Positions 45,355 through 53,436 of a stretch of DNA of 64,000 bases are shown here, piece after piece. Origin of the DNA: an uncultured Alphaproteobacteria bacterium (lineage in GTDB: Bacteria > Pseudomonadota > Alphaproteobacteria > RF32 > CAG-239); the NCBI GenBank assembly GCA_944391685.1, contig CALXUM010000003.1, forward strand, positions 9,481 through 73,480. The letters are read 5' to 3'. Each line of letters begins with the position of its first letter. Within the stretch, counting starts at the first letter, position 1. Both the position numbers and the translations under genes were made by a program. Under the pieces are notes generated by a model. That model was not told the DNA's origin. It made no database searches and saw nothing but the letters and a program-made list of their open reading frames with translations.

Positions 45355-45473
45355 CACCAAACTCCGATAAAGTTATTTACCAAAAATCTTAAACTTAAAA
45401 GTTGAAGATATTGTTAAGTCTTAAAAGAGGGGTTTTTGTAACTTTTCCACAGGTCGGAAACATTTTTACAACC
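45355..45473. repeat. shared immunity-gene leader + cassette junction repeat, copy 2
   Basis: CACCAAACTCCGATAAAGTTATTT...AAACTTAAAAGTTGAAGATATTGTTAAG...TTTTGTAACTTTTCCACAGGTC... is repeated at 46890-47008. Confidence 0.85.
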
Positions 45474-45514
45474 ACCACTGGGCTATGTAGCAGATGGTAA
45501 AAAGATAGACACCT

Positions 45515-46360
45515 ATGGCGTTGACCATAGCGGTTTTACAACCAAAGGATGAAATAGAATATCAAATGGCTCGGCAAAAAAGAGAAAACAGTTTGATAGA
45601 AGGTTATAACAACCAAGGAATAACTAAAGACTACCCTCAATATGGTACCAACTTTTGGGGCAAGGCTGACAACAACTATGGTTTCGGCAACTCAAATATT
45701 GCCGAAAATATTAAAAACAAACAAAACCAAGATATAAGTTCCGCATTATATCCCAATCAAATAGGAAATGATGCCGCAAGCTATAAATTGGCTCAGAATA
45801 ATCAAGATAATACGTTAAATAAAACTGATTATTCTCTTTACGGAGATGGTTTCAGTAAAGAATTTATAAATGAAATGATAAACAACGAAGAATATCAAAG
45901 GGCGTTACAAGAATATGCAATTCCAAACGAAGGCGGATATGTAAATAATCCCGAAGATCCAGGAGGTGAAACTAATATGGGGATATCTAAAAGATACCAT
46001 CCGAATGAAGATATTAAAAATTTAACAAGAGAAAGAGCCAATGTATTGCTTTTTAAGGAAGTATGGAATTGGAATGGAATCAATACTTTACCTTCTGAAG
46101 TAAGAGGTTTTATATTTGATCATGGAATTAGAACAAGTCCTCAAAATGCCATTAAAACGACACATGAGGCTTTAGGTATTAATCCTACAGGGGATATTAT
46201 AGGAAAAACTACTTTGGAGCGATTAAAAGATACTGATTACAATGAGTTCCTGAATAAATATAAAAAACTTGTACATGAACAGGATAAAAAGAGAAGTGGG
46301 TATAAAGTATTTGGAAACGGTTGGGATAACCGAACTGAAGGATATCATATTTCATATTAA
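45515..46360 (+). CDS. orphan toxin cassette: truncated conserved module + GH108 muramidase-like domain + PG_binding_3-like domain
   Basis: The conserved module (KDEIEYQMARQK...AQNNQ) is roughly nine-tenths identical in DNA to 43995-44255. C-terminus NEGGYVNNPEDPGGETNMGISKRY (GH108 signature EGGY..DPGG.T..GI) and GDIIGKTTLERLK. No SD. The ATG lies in a frame created by a 1-nt indel. Confidence 0.6.
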   Translation: MALTIAVLQPKDEIEYQMARQKRENSLIEGYNNQGITKDYPQYGTNFWGKADNNYGFGNSNIAENIKNKQNQDISSALYPNQIGNDAASYKLAQNNQDNTLNKTDYSLYGDGFSKEFINEMINNEEYQRALQEYAIPNEGGYVNNPEDPGGETNMGISKRYHPNEDIKNLTRERANVLLFKEVWNWNGINTLPSEVRGFIFDHGIRTSPQNAIKTTHEALGINPTGDIIGKTTLERLKDTDYNEFLNKYKKLVHEQDKKRSGYKVFGNGWDNRTEGYHISY

Positions 46361-46397
46361 CAATGTATTTAAGGGGGAATTTATTTCTCCCTTTTCT

Positions 46398-46889
46398 TTA
46401 TTTATAATCTTTAATAAAACTAAATATGCTAATTTGCTTTTCAATTTGTGATAATAATATCTCAATGTATTGTTTTATAACTTTATTAACCTGAGTATTT
46501 TTTTCTTGTTCACAAATAGTACCTGACGGAATATTGTACTTATTTAAACAATAGGCAACACCATAAACAGCAAAAGTTGATTTAACATAATTTCGATAAC
46601 TGTTTATGTTGTTTTTATAATTATAGTTATAAAAATGTTGCAAGATATTTTGTGAGAGATTATCCATACAATTTAATTGATTTTCATTTTCAACACATTG
46701 ATTTAATTTTATTTTGTATTGAAGCAGCAAAGTATAATCATCAATAATATTTTTTATTTTATCTTTGCTACTCCAATCGCTTTGAGAATAAACTTTATCA
46801 ATATCAATTCCGTGATATGTTTCCGCATGAACATTTATGCTAACCAATAGGGTGAAAGCAAATATAAAAGCAAAATGAATTTTTTTCAT
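46398..46889 (-). CDS. small secreted protein, candidate immunity protein for the GH108-like toxin
   Basis: MKKIHFAFIFAFTLLVSINVHA signal peptide. Same conserved leader and SD as 44911-45354, but an unrelated mature sequence. Confidence 0.6.
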   Translation of the reverse strand: MKKIHFAFIFAFTLLVSINVHAETYHGIDIDKVYSQSDWSSKDKIKNIIDDYTLLLQYKIKLNQCVENENQLNCMDNLSQNILQHFYNYNYKNNINSYRNYVKSTFAVYGVAYCLNKYNIPSGTICEQEKNTQVNKVIKQYIEILLSQIEKQISIFSFIKDYK

Positions 46890-47008
46890 CACCAAACTCC
46901 GATAAAGTTATTTGCTTGAGATAGTAAACTTAAAAGTTGAAGATATTGTTAAGGATGAAAAGAGAGGCTTTTGTAACTTTTCCACAGGTCTATAAAAATT
47001 TCACAACC
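46890..47008. repeat. shared immunity-gene leader + cassette junction repeat, copy 3
   Basis: See 45355-45473. Confidence 0.85.
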
Positions 47009-47699
47009 AAAGACGAGATAGAATATCAAATGGCTCGGCAAAAAAGAGAAAACAGTTTGATAGAAGGTTATAATAACCAGGGAATAACTAAAGACTATCC
47101 TTTAATCAGGCACTAACTTCTGGGGAAATCCCGACAATAACTACGGTTTCGGCAGCTCAAACATTGCCGATAATGTTAAGAATAAACAAAGATTTAAATT
47201 ACAACAAGTAAATACTATTGATTCAAAAATAGAAAATTCACGACAGCAAATTAATAATTATTTGATCCCGCAGGAAGCGTATAAAAATGCAACTTGGGGA
47301 GATAAGACAGCTCAACAGCTTAATAATTATATGCAAGCTTATGATTCATATCCTGGAGTAACAAACACTGGGGTTTTAGCTCCTTTTAATGATTTTATAA
47401 GAAATTATGAAGATATGGAAAAAAATGCATTGATTGGTTCAGATAATTTCTTTCATTGTAAAGCAAATTATGAAGCGGCTAAAAGAGGTGCTTGGGGAGA
47501 ATTGGTAGGAAAAGGAATGAGTGCGGCAAGAGAATTGTACGGTTTGGCAAAGGGAGAGCCTTTTTCGGATGTAAGGAAAGATTGGCACGCCAATCAAAGG
47601 GGATGGAACGGAGCTAAACAAGGACTATCCTTGGAGCAAGCTTGTCCAACTGATCCTAAGGAATATGTTGAAATAAAAGATTATGAAGATGTTTTTTAA
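47009..47699 (+). pseudogene. orphan toxin cassette, frameshifted: conserved module fragment + serum-amyloid-A-like C-terminal domain
   Basis: KDEIEYQMARQKRENSLIEGYNNQGITKDYP runs into a stop at 47114-47116. A +1 shift near 47100-47111 continues as TNFWGNPDNNYGFGSSNIADNVKNKQ..., in frame with track ORF 47262-47699. C-terminus IGSDNFFHCKANYEAAKRGAWGE...SAARE...D..ANQRGWNGAK aligns by eye with vertebrate SAA ([22 protein letters not shown]...SDARE...D..[9 protein letters not shown]). Confidence 0.6.
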
Positions 47700-47752
47700 T
47701 CTGTATTGACTTTAACAATCTCTATGTTTAAATTTATGTAAGGGCAAAAAAT

Positions 47753-48124
47753 ATGAAAACGGTTTTTAAGCAATTTATAAGCTGGGGTTGGATTTGTGCA
47801 AAAAAAGGATTGGTGTTGTTAATTCCTATGCTCTTTGTTGCAATGTATTTATTTGATATAACAATAATGGCAAAATATCATTATCCTGAAAATACATCAG
47901 TATTATATTTGCAGATATTAGGTGTTGTTTTTTATGTTTGTTGTATATGGTGTATTTTATTTAAGTTAAATAAATGGAATAAGGCTTTGCTTTTACTTTC
48001 TTTGCTTTTAATTATAGGGATGTTTTATTTTAACTATGATATTAAAAGAATAAAACAACATTCTGAGTGTATTGAAAATTCAAATATATTGTGTCCTGAA
48101 GGAGTAGATCTTCAAGGAGGATAA
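47753..48124 (+). CDS. 3-TM membrane protein, candidate immunity protein for the SAA-like cassette
   Basis: Three hydrophobic helices (GLVLLIPMLFVAMYLF, LQILGVVFYVCCIWCILF, ALLLLSLLLIIGMFYF), directly downstream of the SAA-like cassette. Confidence 0.5.
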   Translation: MKTVFKQFISWGWICAKKGLVLLIPMLFVAMYLFDITIMAKYHYPENTSVLYLQILGVVFYVCCIWCILFKLNKWNKALLLLSLLLIIGMFYFNYDIKRIKQHSECIENSNILCPEGVDLQGG

Positions 48125-48148
48125 TTATAAAGAACCACCCTTTGAAGG

Positions 48149-48301
48149 ACAGTTTGATAGAAGGTTATAACAACCAAGGAATAACTAAAGACTACCCTTT
48201 AGTATGGAAATAACTTCTGGGGCAATTCCGATAACAACTACGGTTTCGGTAGCTCAAATATTGCCGATAATGTTAAGAATAAACAAAACCAAGATATAAA
48301 T
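48149..48301 (+). pseudogene. fourth copy of the conserved toxin module, stump only
   Basis: ...SLIEGYNNQGITKDYP, then the same type of +1 disruption as copy 3 and ...NNYGFGSSNIADNVKNKQNQDI. It ends 1 nt before the tadA stop codon. Confidence 0.6.
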
Positions 48302-48766
48302 TTAGTTTTGTGTCTTTCTTTTTTGTTGAAAAAAGTTTTTCAGCAGGGCAGAGCATTCAGCCTCCATCAGGCCGCAATAGACATTGGGGCGGTGGTGGCA
48401 TGTTGGTTGTTGATAGAATTTGACACCGCTGATAATTCCGCCTCCTTTAGCATCAGTTGCGGCAAAATATAAGTTTTCAATACGGGCAAAAGAAATGGCA
48501 GCGGCACACATGGTGCAGGGTTCTAAGGTGACATACATGTCAAAACCGCGTAAACGGTTTTGGCCGGTACGGCGGCAGGCTTGTTGAATGGCCTTTATTT
48601 CAGCGTGGGCGGTGGCATCCTCGCTGTGTTGGCTGAGGTTGTATGCCTCAGCAACGATTTCGCCGGTTATGGGATTGGTAATTACGCAACCAATGGGAAC
48701 TTCGTCTTCTTTGGCGGCGATTAAGGCAAGTTCGTAAGCTCGTTGCATATATTCAAGCGGAGACAT
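48302..48766 (-). CDS. tadA: tRNA adenosine(34) deaminase
   Basis: CDA motifs TAHAEIKAI and TLEPCTMCAAAI. 154 aa. Confidence 0.9.
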   Translation of the reverse strand: MSPLEYMQRAYELALIAAKEDEVPIGCVITNPITGEIVAEAYNLSQHSEDATAHAEIKAIQQACRRTGQNRLRGFDMYVTLEPCTMCAAAISFARIENLYFAATDAKGGGIISGVKFYQQPTCHHRPNVYCGLMEAECSALLKNFFQQKRKTQN

Positions 48767-48833
48767 GTTTTTCCTTTTGTTGTTGTATTTTTATTTGATT
48801 ATGCTAGAAGTTAAATAAAAAGGAAAGTATAAA

Positions 48834-49556
48834 ATGAGTGAAAGAATAGCAAAATTTATGGCCAGATCGGGAGTTTGTTCTCGGCGTGAGGCTGAAGAAA
48901 TGATTAAACAAAAACGAGTAACCGTTAACGGAGAGGTTGTGGAAACTCCGGCGTTTAATGTTGAGGGAAATGAAAAAATTTTGCTTGATGGCGAAAAGTT
49001 GCCGCAAAAAGAACTTACAAGATTGTGGTTATATCATAAGCCTTGCGGTTTGGTAACTACACATAAAGATGAAAAAAACAGGCCGACGGTTTTTGATAAT
49101 TTGCCGGCAGGAATGCCCAGAGTTATATCTGTGGGAAGGCTTGATCTTAACTCAGAGGGATTGCTTTTGCTGACAAATAATGGTGAATTATCAAGAAAGC
49201 TGGAGATGCCAAATAATGGTTGGTTACGCCGTTATAAGGTGAGGGTTCACGGAGTTGTTGATGCTAAAAAATTAGCAAAGCTTAAAAACGGAATTGTGGT
49301 TGACGGAGTGGAATATACTTCCATTAAGGCAGAAATAGAATCAACTCAAGGTGCAAACTCGTGGTTGGCAGTTACGTTGTCTGAGGGAAAGAATCGGGAA
49401 ATTCGCAAGGTGATGAAAGCAATTGGTTTGGATGTTGCCAGACTTATTCGCTTATCTTACGGGCCGTTTCAATTGGGTAGTTTACGTAAGGGCGAAGTTA
49501 AAGAAGTTCCGGCAAAAGTCTTAAAAGAGCAATTGGGAGCCAAGTTTGAACTATGA
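48834..49556 (+). CDS. RsuA/RluB-family pseudouridine synthase with an S4 domain
   Basis: ERIAKFMARSGVCSRREAEEMI (S4), catalytic GRLDLNSEGLLLLTNNGEL, REIRKVM. Confidence 0.8.
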   Translation: MSERIAKFMARSGVCSRREAEEMIKQKRVTVNGEVVETPAFNVEGNEKILLDGEKLPQKELTRLWLYHKPCGLVTTHKDEKNRPTVFDNLPAGMPRVISVGRLDLNSEGLLLLTNNGELSRKLEMPNNGWLRRYKVRVHGVVDAKKLAKLKNGIVVDGVEYTSIKAEIESTQGANSWLAVTLSEGKNREIRKVMKAIGLDVARLIRLSYGPFQLGSLRKGEVKEVPAKVLKEQLGAKFEL

Positions 49557-50098
49557 GGATAATCGGCGGCAAATATCGCGGTAAAAAATTATTCTCTCCG
49601 CAGAGTGAGGCGGTGCGTCCAACATCAGACAGAGCCAGAGAAGCTCTTTTTAATATTTTGCGTTCAAAATTGGGAAGTGATTTTTCAAACCTGAAGTTGA
49701 TAGATATTTTTGCCGGCAGCGGAGCTTTTGGCTTGGAGGCTGTTTCACAAGGGTTTGGCAAAGTTTGTCTGGTGGATATTGATTTGAGCTCTGCAGCAAA
49801 AAATGCTGCTATGTTTGTGGCTGAAAAAAATAAAATTACTTTGCTGCAAGATGATGCTACCAAACTTTTTAAAGTTGGTGATGTATTTGACGTTTTGTTT
49901 ATGGATGCTCCTTATAACAAAGGGTTGAGCGAAAAAGCCTTACTTGCTGCGGCAGAGAGAAAAATATTGAATAAAAATGCTTTATGCTTGATTGAAGTAG
50001 AAAAAAACGAAAGTTGTAACTTGCCTTCGCAATATGAACTTTTGGAAACCAGAAATTACGGAATAGCAAAAATTTTGTTGGCAAGGTTTATGGGGTGA
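49553..50098 (+). CDS. rsmD: 16S rRNA (guanine966-N2)-methyltransferase
   Basis: MRIIGGKYRGKKL, RPTSDRAREALFNIL, DIFAGSGAFGLEAVSQG, FMDAPY motifs. Confidence 0.8.
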   Translation: MRIIGGKYRGKKLFSPQSEAVRPTSDRAREALFNILRSKLGSDFSNLKLIDIFAGSGAFGLEAVSQGFGKVCLVDIDLSSAAKNAAMFVAEKNKITLLQDDATKLFKVGDVFDVLFMDAPYNKGLSEKALLAAAERKILNKNALCLIEVEKNESCNLPSQYELLETRNYGIAKILLARFMG

Positions 50099-51242
50099 GA
50101 TCCATAATCGGAATACTTTCAACATTAAGTTTGCCGTCTTGATAATCTATTGAGGTAGTAACGGTCAAATATTTATCGTTATCACGGAGTTTGAAAGATT
50201 TGTTGCTTAAGAGGATTCTGGCAACAAAAAGACCTTTGCGCTCAAAAAGTTCATTTTTGTTAAGATCTTCTAAAAGTTCAAGCATTGCTTTTGATGAGGT
50301 TTTTAGGTACATACGAGGAGCAAAAGATTCGTTAAAATTAATATCCCCTTTACCAACCAAAATTAAAGGATTCCACTGAATTATTAAATTGCTGATTTCT
50401 AAAAATCCGCCTTGATGCAGCCAATTTTCCACTGCCGGAGCAAAAGTTTCTTCAGGGTTTATTTGTCCGCGTAAATTAATTTTGGTGTAGATGCGAGTAA
50501 TCTTTGATGTCAGCGGATATTGAACCAGACCGTTAATGGCAACATCTTTAATCTCCAAATGGCTTTCAAAGCTTGGGTATAATGCGGTACCGGCATCGGC
50601 TTGTTGATGATGGCGGAGAGCAAAAACCAATTCTTTGATTTTAGCAAAATCTTTGATTTCTAAATTATCAAATTCAAGTTGCAGGTTGTTAAAACCAAAT
50701 TCTTTATTAACATTTATTGATAATGCATTTTCAGGGGTATTTATGATGTGGGCTTTTTCATCAAAAACGAATACCGACTGTTCTCCTAAGTCAGCTTTTA
50801 TTTTTTTGCCGCCAAGCCAACTTAAACGAAAAGATGCTTTGTTTGTTTTTAAGCTCCATAGATGTTCGCCACTTAGATTATAGATTTGCAGGTTGTCAAC
50901 CTCAATTAACGGATAAATAAGAATATTGTTAAATCGAAGATTTTCATAAGCAATATCAAGTCCGGCTTCATAGAGGTAGTTTTGCCAGGTTAAAATATCT
51001 CTTTTAATTTGTTTGATGGCGGCATTGCGGGTTAGGGTAATATCTATAAAAGTGGTTATAAGGATAAATGAAAACAAAAAAGAAAAAACACCGAGTTTGT
51101 TTTGCTTCAAAAAATTGCTTCCTCCTTTTAGAGAGGATGATGTTTTTTGAAAAATGTTTTTAAAAAATTCTTTCAATTTATTGACCTTTTTTCTGATATA
51201 ACATTGCTCTGGTGTAAGGATAGTTTTTAATTGTTTCTTCAT
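50088..51242 (-). CDS. membrane-anchored hypothetical protein (possibly DUF2125-like)
   Basis: Single TM (GVFSFLFSFILITTFIDI) plus a roughly 310-aa domain. The family guess is from memory of alpha-type DUF2125 architecture only. The track start overlaps plsC by 65 nt, so the true start is uncertain. Confidence 0.45.
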   Translation of the reverse strand: MKKQLKTILTPEQCYIRKKVNKLKEFFKNIFQKTSSSLKGGSNFLKQNKLGVFSFLFSFILITTFIDITLTRNAAIKQIKRDILTWQNYLYEAGLDIAYENLRFNNILIYPLIEVDNLQIYNLSGEHLWSLKTNKASFRLSWLGGKKIKADLGEQSVFVFDEKAHIINTPENALSINVNKEFGFNNLQLEFDNLEIKDFAKIKELVFALRHHQQADAGTALYPSFESHLEIKDVAINGLVQYPLTSKITRIYTKINLRGQINPEETFAPAVENWLHQGGFLEISNLIIQWNPLILVGKGDINFNESFAPRMYLKTSSKAMLELLEDLNKNELFERKGLFVARILLSNKSFKLRDNDKYLTVTTSIDYQDGKLNVESIPIMDLTP

Positions 51243-51942
51243 TCAATTCTTGGCATTTACTTTCTATGCGGTTTTGCAATTCAGTCATAAATTCTTGTTT
51301 TTTTAGCCCGGGTTGAATAGGAGGCATAAATTCAATAATAACCTTGCCGGGATAACGTAAAAATGAATTCTTTTTCCAAAACAAACCGGTGTTGGTGGCA
51401 ACTGGAATAACAGGAACGTTTAAGTTTTGGTAGAGCAGAGCAACACCTGGTTTGTAGTCAGGTTCTTGTCCGGGAATACGCCTGGTTCCTTCAGGAAATA
51501 TTATTACCGGACGATTGTTATCAAGACGATTTTGAGCACAACGAAGTAGTTTTTTCATGGCAGCACTACCAGCTGAACGATCAATCGGTATCATGCCGTA
51601 AATGGCTTGAGCCCAACCAAAAAAAGGAATATATGTAAGTTCTTTCTTTAAGACGAAAGAGGCTTTTTTTATGTAGTTGCTTAAGCAATATGTTTCAAGA
51701 GCAGATTCATGTTTGCCGGCGTATATAGCTTTATTTTGGTCTATGTATTGTTTGCCTCTGATTTCAATTTTGATGCCGGCAAGGTGTTCCATACACCAAA
51801 CAACCGATGGAATAAATCCATAGTTCCAAATTTTTATGTTAAGTTTTTGAGAAAATATGCCAATGAAAGTGTTAATTATACAACCGACGCCGATAATAGA
51901 ATAAATTGCTATGTTTGATATTAAAGAGCGGATGTAAAGCAT
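51178..51942 (-). CDS. plsC: 1-acyl-sn-glycerol-3-phosphate acyltransferase
   Basis: Acyltransferase blocks GKHESALE (HX4D-type position, Glu variant) and IIFPEGTRR. N-terminal TM. Confidence 0.75.
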   Translation of the reverse strand: MLYIRSLISNIAIYSIIGVGCIINTFIGIFSQKLNIKIWNYGFIPSVVWCMEHLAGIKIEIRGKQYIDQNKAIYAGKHESALETYCLSNYIKKASFVLKKELTYIPFFGWAQAIYGMIPIDRSAGSAAMKKLLRCAQNRLDNNRPVIIFPEGTRRIPGQEPDYKPGVALLYQNLNVPVIPVATNTGLFWKKNSFLRYPGKVIIEFMPPIQPGLKKQEFMTELQNRIESKCQELNEETIKNYPYTRAMLYQKKGQ

Positions 51943-51943
51943 T

Positions 51944-52525
51944 TTACCCCCTTAGACCTAGATGACTGCTGATATATACATATAAAAATTTATTATATTC
52001 TGAAAAAATAAGCGAGGATGTCTGCCAACTAGTCCACCATTTTTTTTGAATGTTTTCAGAATATACCGGATGCGGGATTATTTTGAGTTCGGGATTTTGG
52101 CTTTTAAATTCAACAATACTACGTTCAACATGATAGTTTGAAGTTACAAGGCGAATCGAATCTATATGATTTTTTTTAAGCCATGATGTGCTTTCAACGG
52201 CATTACCTTCGGTGTCTTTTGCTTTTTGACCGATGATTATTTTTTTGTCATTTGATTTAGTATCTATTTTTTGACGCTTTTTTATATCATCAAATGAGGT
52301 GTGGTGGTTAACTCCTGATATAAATAGCATATCTGCCTGACCAGAATTTAGTATTTTTACTGCTTCGGCAATACGATTGCGACCTCCGGTTAAGGCAACA
52401 ACAGCTTGAGTATGGGTAGTATTGTCAATTTTGTAGTTATTGATACGGTTAGCAAAAACAACAAAACCGATAAGCCAAGATAAAATGGCAATAAAAGCCA
52501 ATATTAATAATGTTTTTTTTATCAT
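51944..52525 (-). CDS. YdcF/ElyC (DUF218) family protein
   Basis: N-terminal TM, ALTGGRNRI, FISGV, VTSNYHVERS motifs. Confidence 0.6.
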   Translation of the reverse strand: MIKKTLLILAFIAILSWLIGFVVFANRINNYKIDNTTHTQAVVALTGGRNRIAEAVKILNSGQADMLFISGVNHHTSFDDIKKRQKIDTKSNDKKIIIGQKAKDTEGNAVESTSWLKKNHIDSIRLVTSNYHVERSIVEFKSQNPELKIIPHPVYSENIQKKWWTSWQTSSLIFSEYNKFLYVYISSHLGLRG

Positions 52526-53436
52526 AACATTTTCTGCAAGGTTTTTTTGACAGTATAGTAGGCTGTGAACATTGAGATGCTCATGGCAAATAAAGGTAAG
52601 GCTAAAATAATTATCCAGTCAGATATACTTAAAGTTGCTTCACTGATGATTCCTCCTTCAATTTGAGCGGCTAAAGAGGCAATGAAAAATATGGTCGGTA
52701 TTCCGAAAAGTAAGCCAAATAAGCCTCCTATAAAGCCTAAAAAAGCCATGCGTTTGGCGTATTGTTGAGCCACGTATGTATCTTTGGCTCCCATAGTGTG
52801 AAGAATTTCAATTATGTTGTAGTGCAAGCCTAAGCTCATACGTGTAGTATAAAAAATAGCACCTGAGGTTATAAAAATAACCAAAATAAGCACGGTTGTA
52901 GCTATGAGTTTTAGCCCGTCGGCAAATTTTATTAGTTTGCTGAGCCAAAGTTTGTGGTTGTCAAGAGAAGCTTGAGGAGAAGCGTTACTCAAATCTTGAG
53001 ATAATTTAGTAAAATCAATATCTGCCTGAGATGAAAGTTTTACATCTATTATTCTGGGCATTGGTAAACTTTCAATATTTACACCATCTCCAAGCCAAGG
53101 GCGAATAAGCTCGCGTAGCTGATCATCATTAAGAGGTGTTACTTTTATTATGCCGTCGACACTTTTTAGAAACTCGACAGCTTTGTCTTGGTAGGCTAGA
53201 GTTTCAGCTAAAGCTTTTTCTTTGTTGGTATCGTTTATGGGCATAATTTGGACGGTAAGTGAGCCTAAAATACTTTGATTCCAGTTATAAAGCATGGAGT
53301 TTATGGATAAGACTCCGGAAAGAGTTATGGCAAAGATAAATACGGCAATGGATATGATTACCTGTAAGAAAATACCGGTAGCATCATCTTTAAGAGGAAG
53401 TTCCTGTTTGCGTGATATATATTTAGATTTGGTCAT
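52522..53436 (-). CDS. ftsX: cell division ABC transporter permease-like FtsX
   Basis: 4-TM FtsX topology with a large first periplasmic loop. Overlaps the ftsE stop. Confidence 0.8.
   Translation of the reverse strand: MTKSKYISRKQELPLKDDATGIFLQVIISIAVFIFAITLSGVLSINSMLYNWNQSILGSLTVQIMPINDTNKEKALAETLAYQDKAVEFLKSVDGIIKVTPLNDDQLRELIRPWLGDGVNIESLPMPRIIDVKLSSQADIDFTKLSQDLSNASPQASLDNHKLWLSKLIKFADGLKLIATTVLILVIFITSGAIFYTTRMSLGLHYNIIEILHTMGAKDTYVAQQYAKRMAFLGFIGGLFGLLFGIPTIFFIASLAAQIEGGIISEATLSISDWIIILALPLFAMSISMFTAYYTVKKTLQKML

Noticed and set aside
50088-51242. 65-nt overlap between the DUF2125-like gene start and the plsC 3' end, considered as a possible programmed overlap.
   Set aside because: It is more likely an over-extended ORF-track start: there is no SD at 51242, and an internal non-ATG start before the TM helix is plausible.
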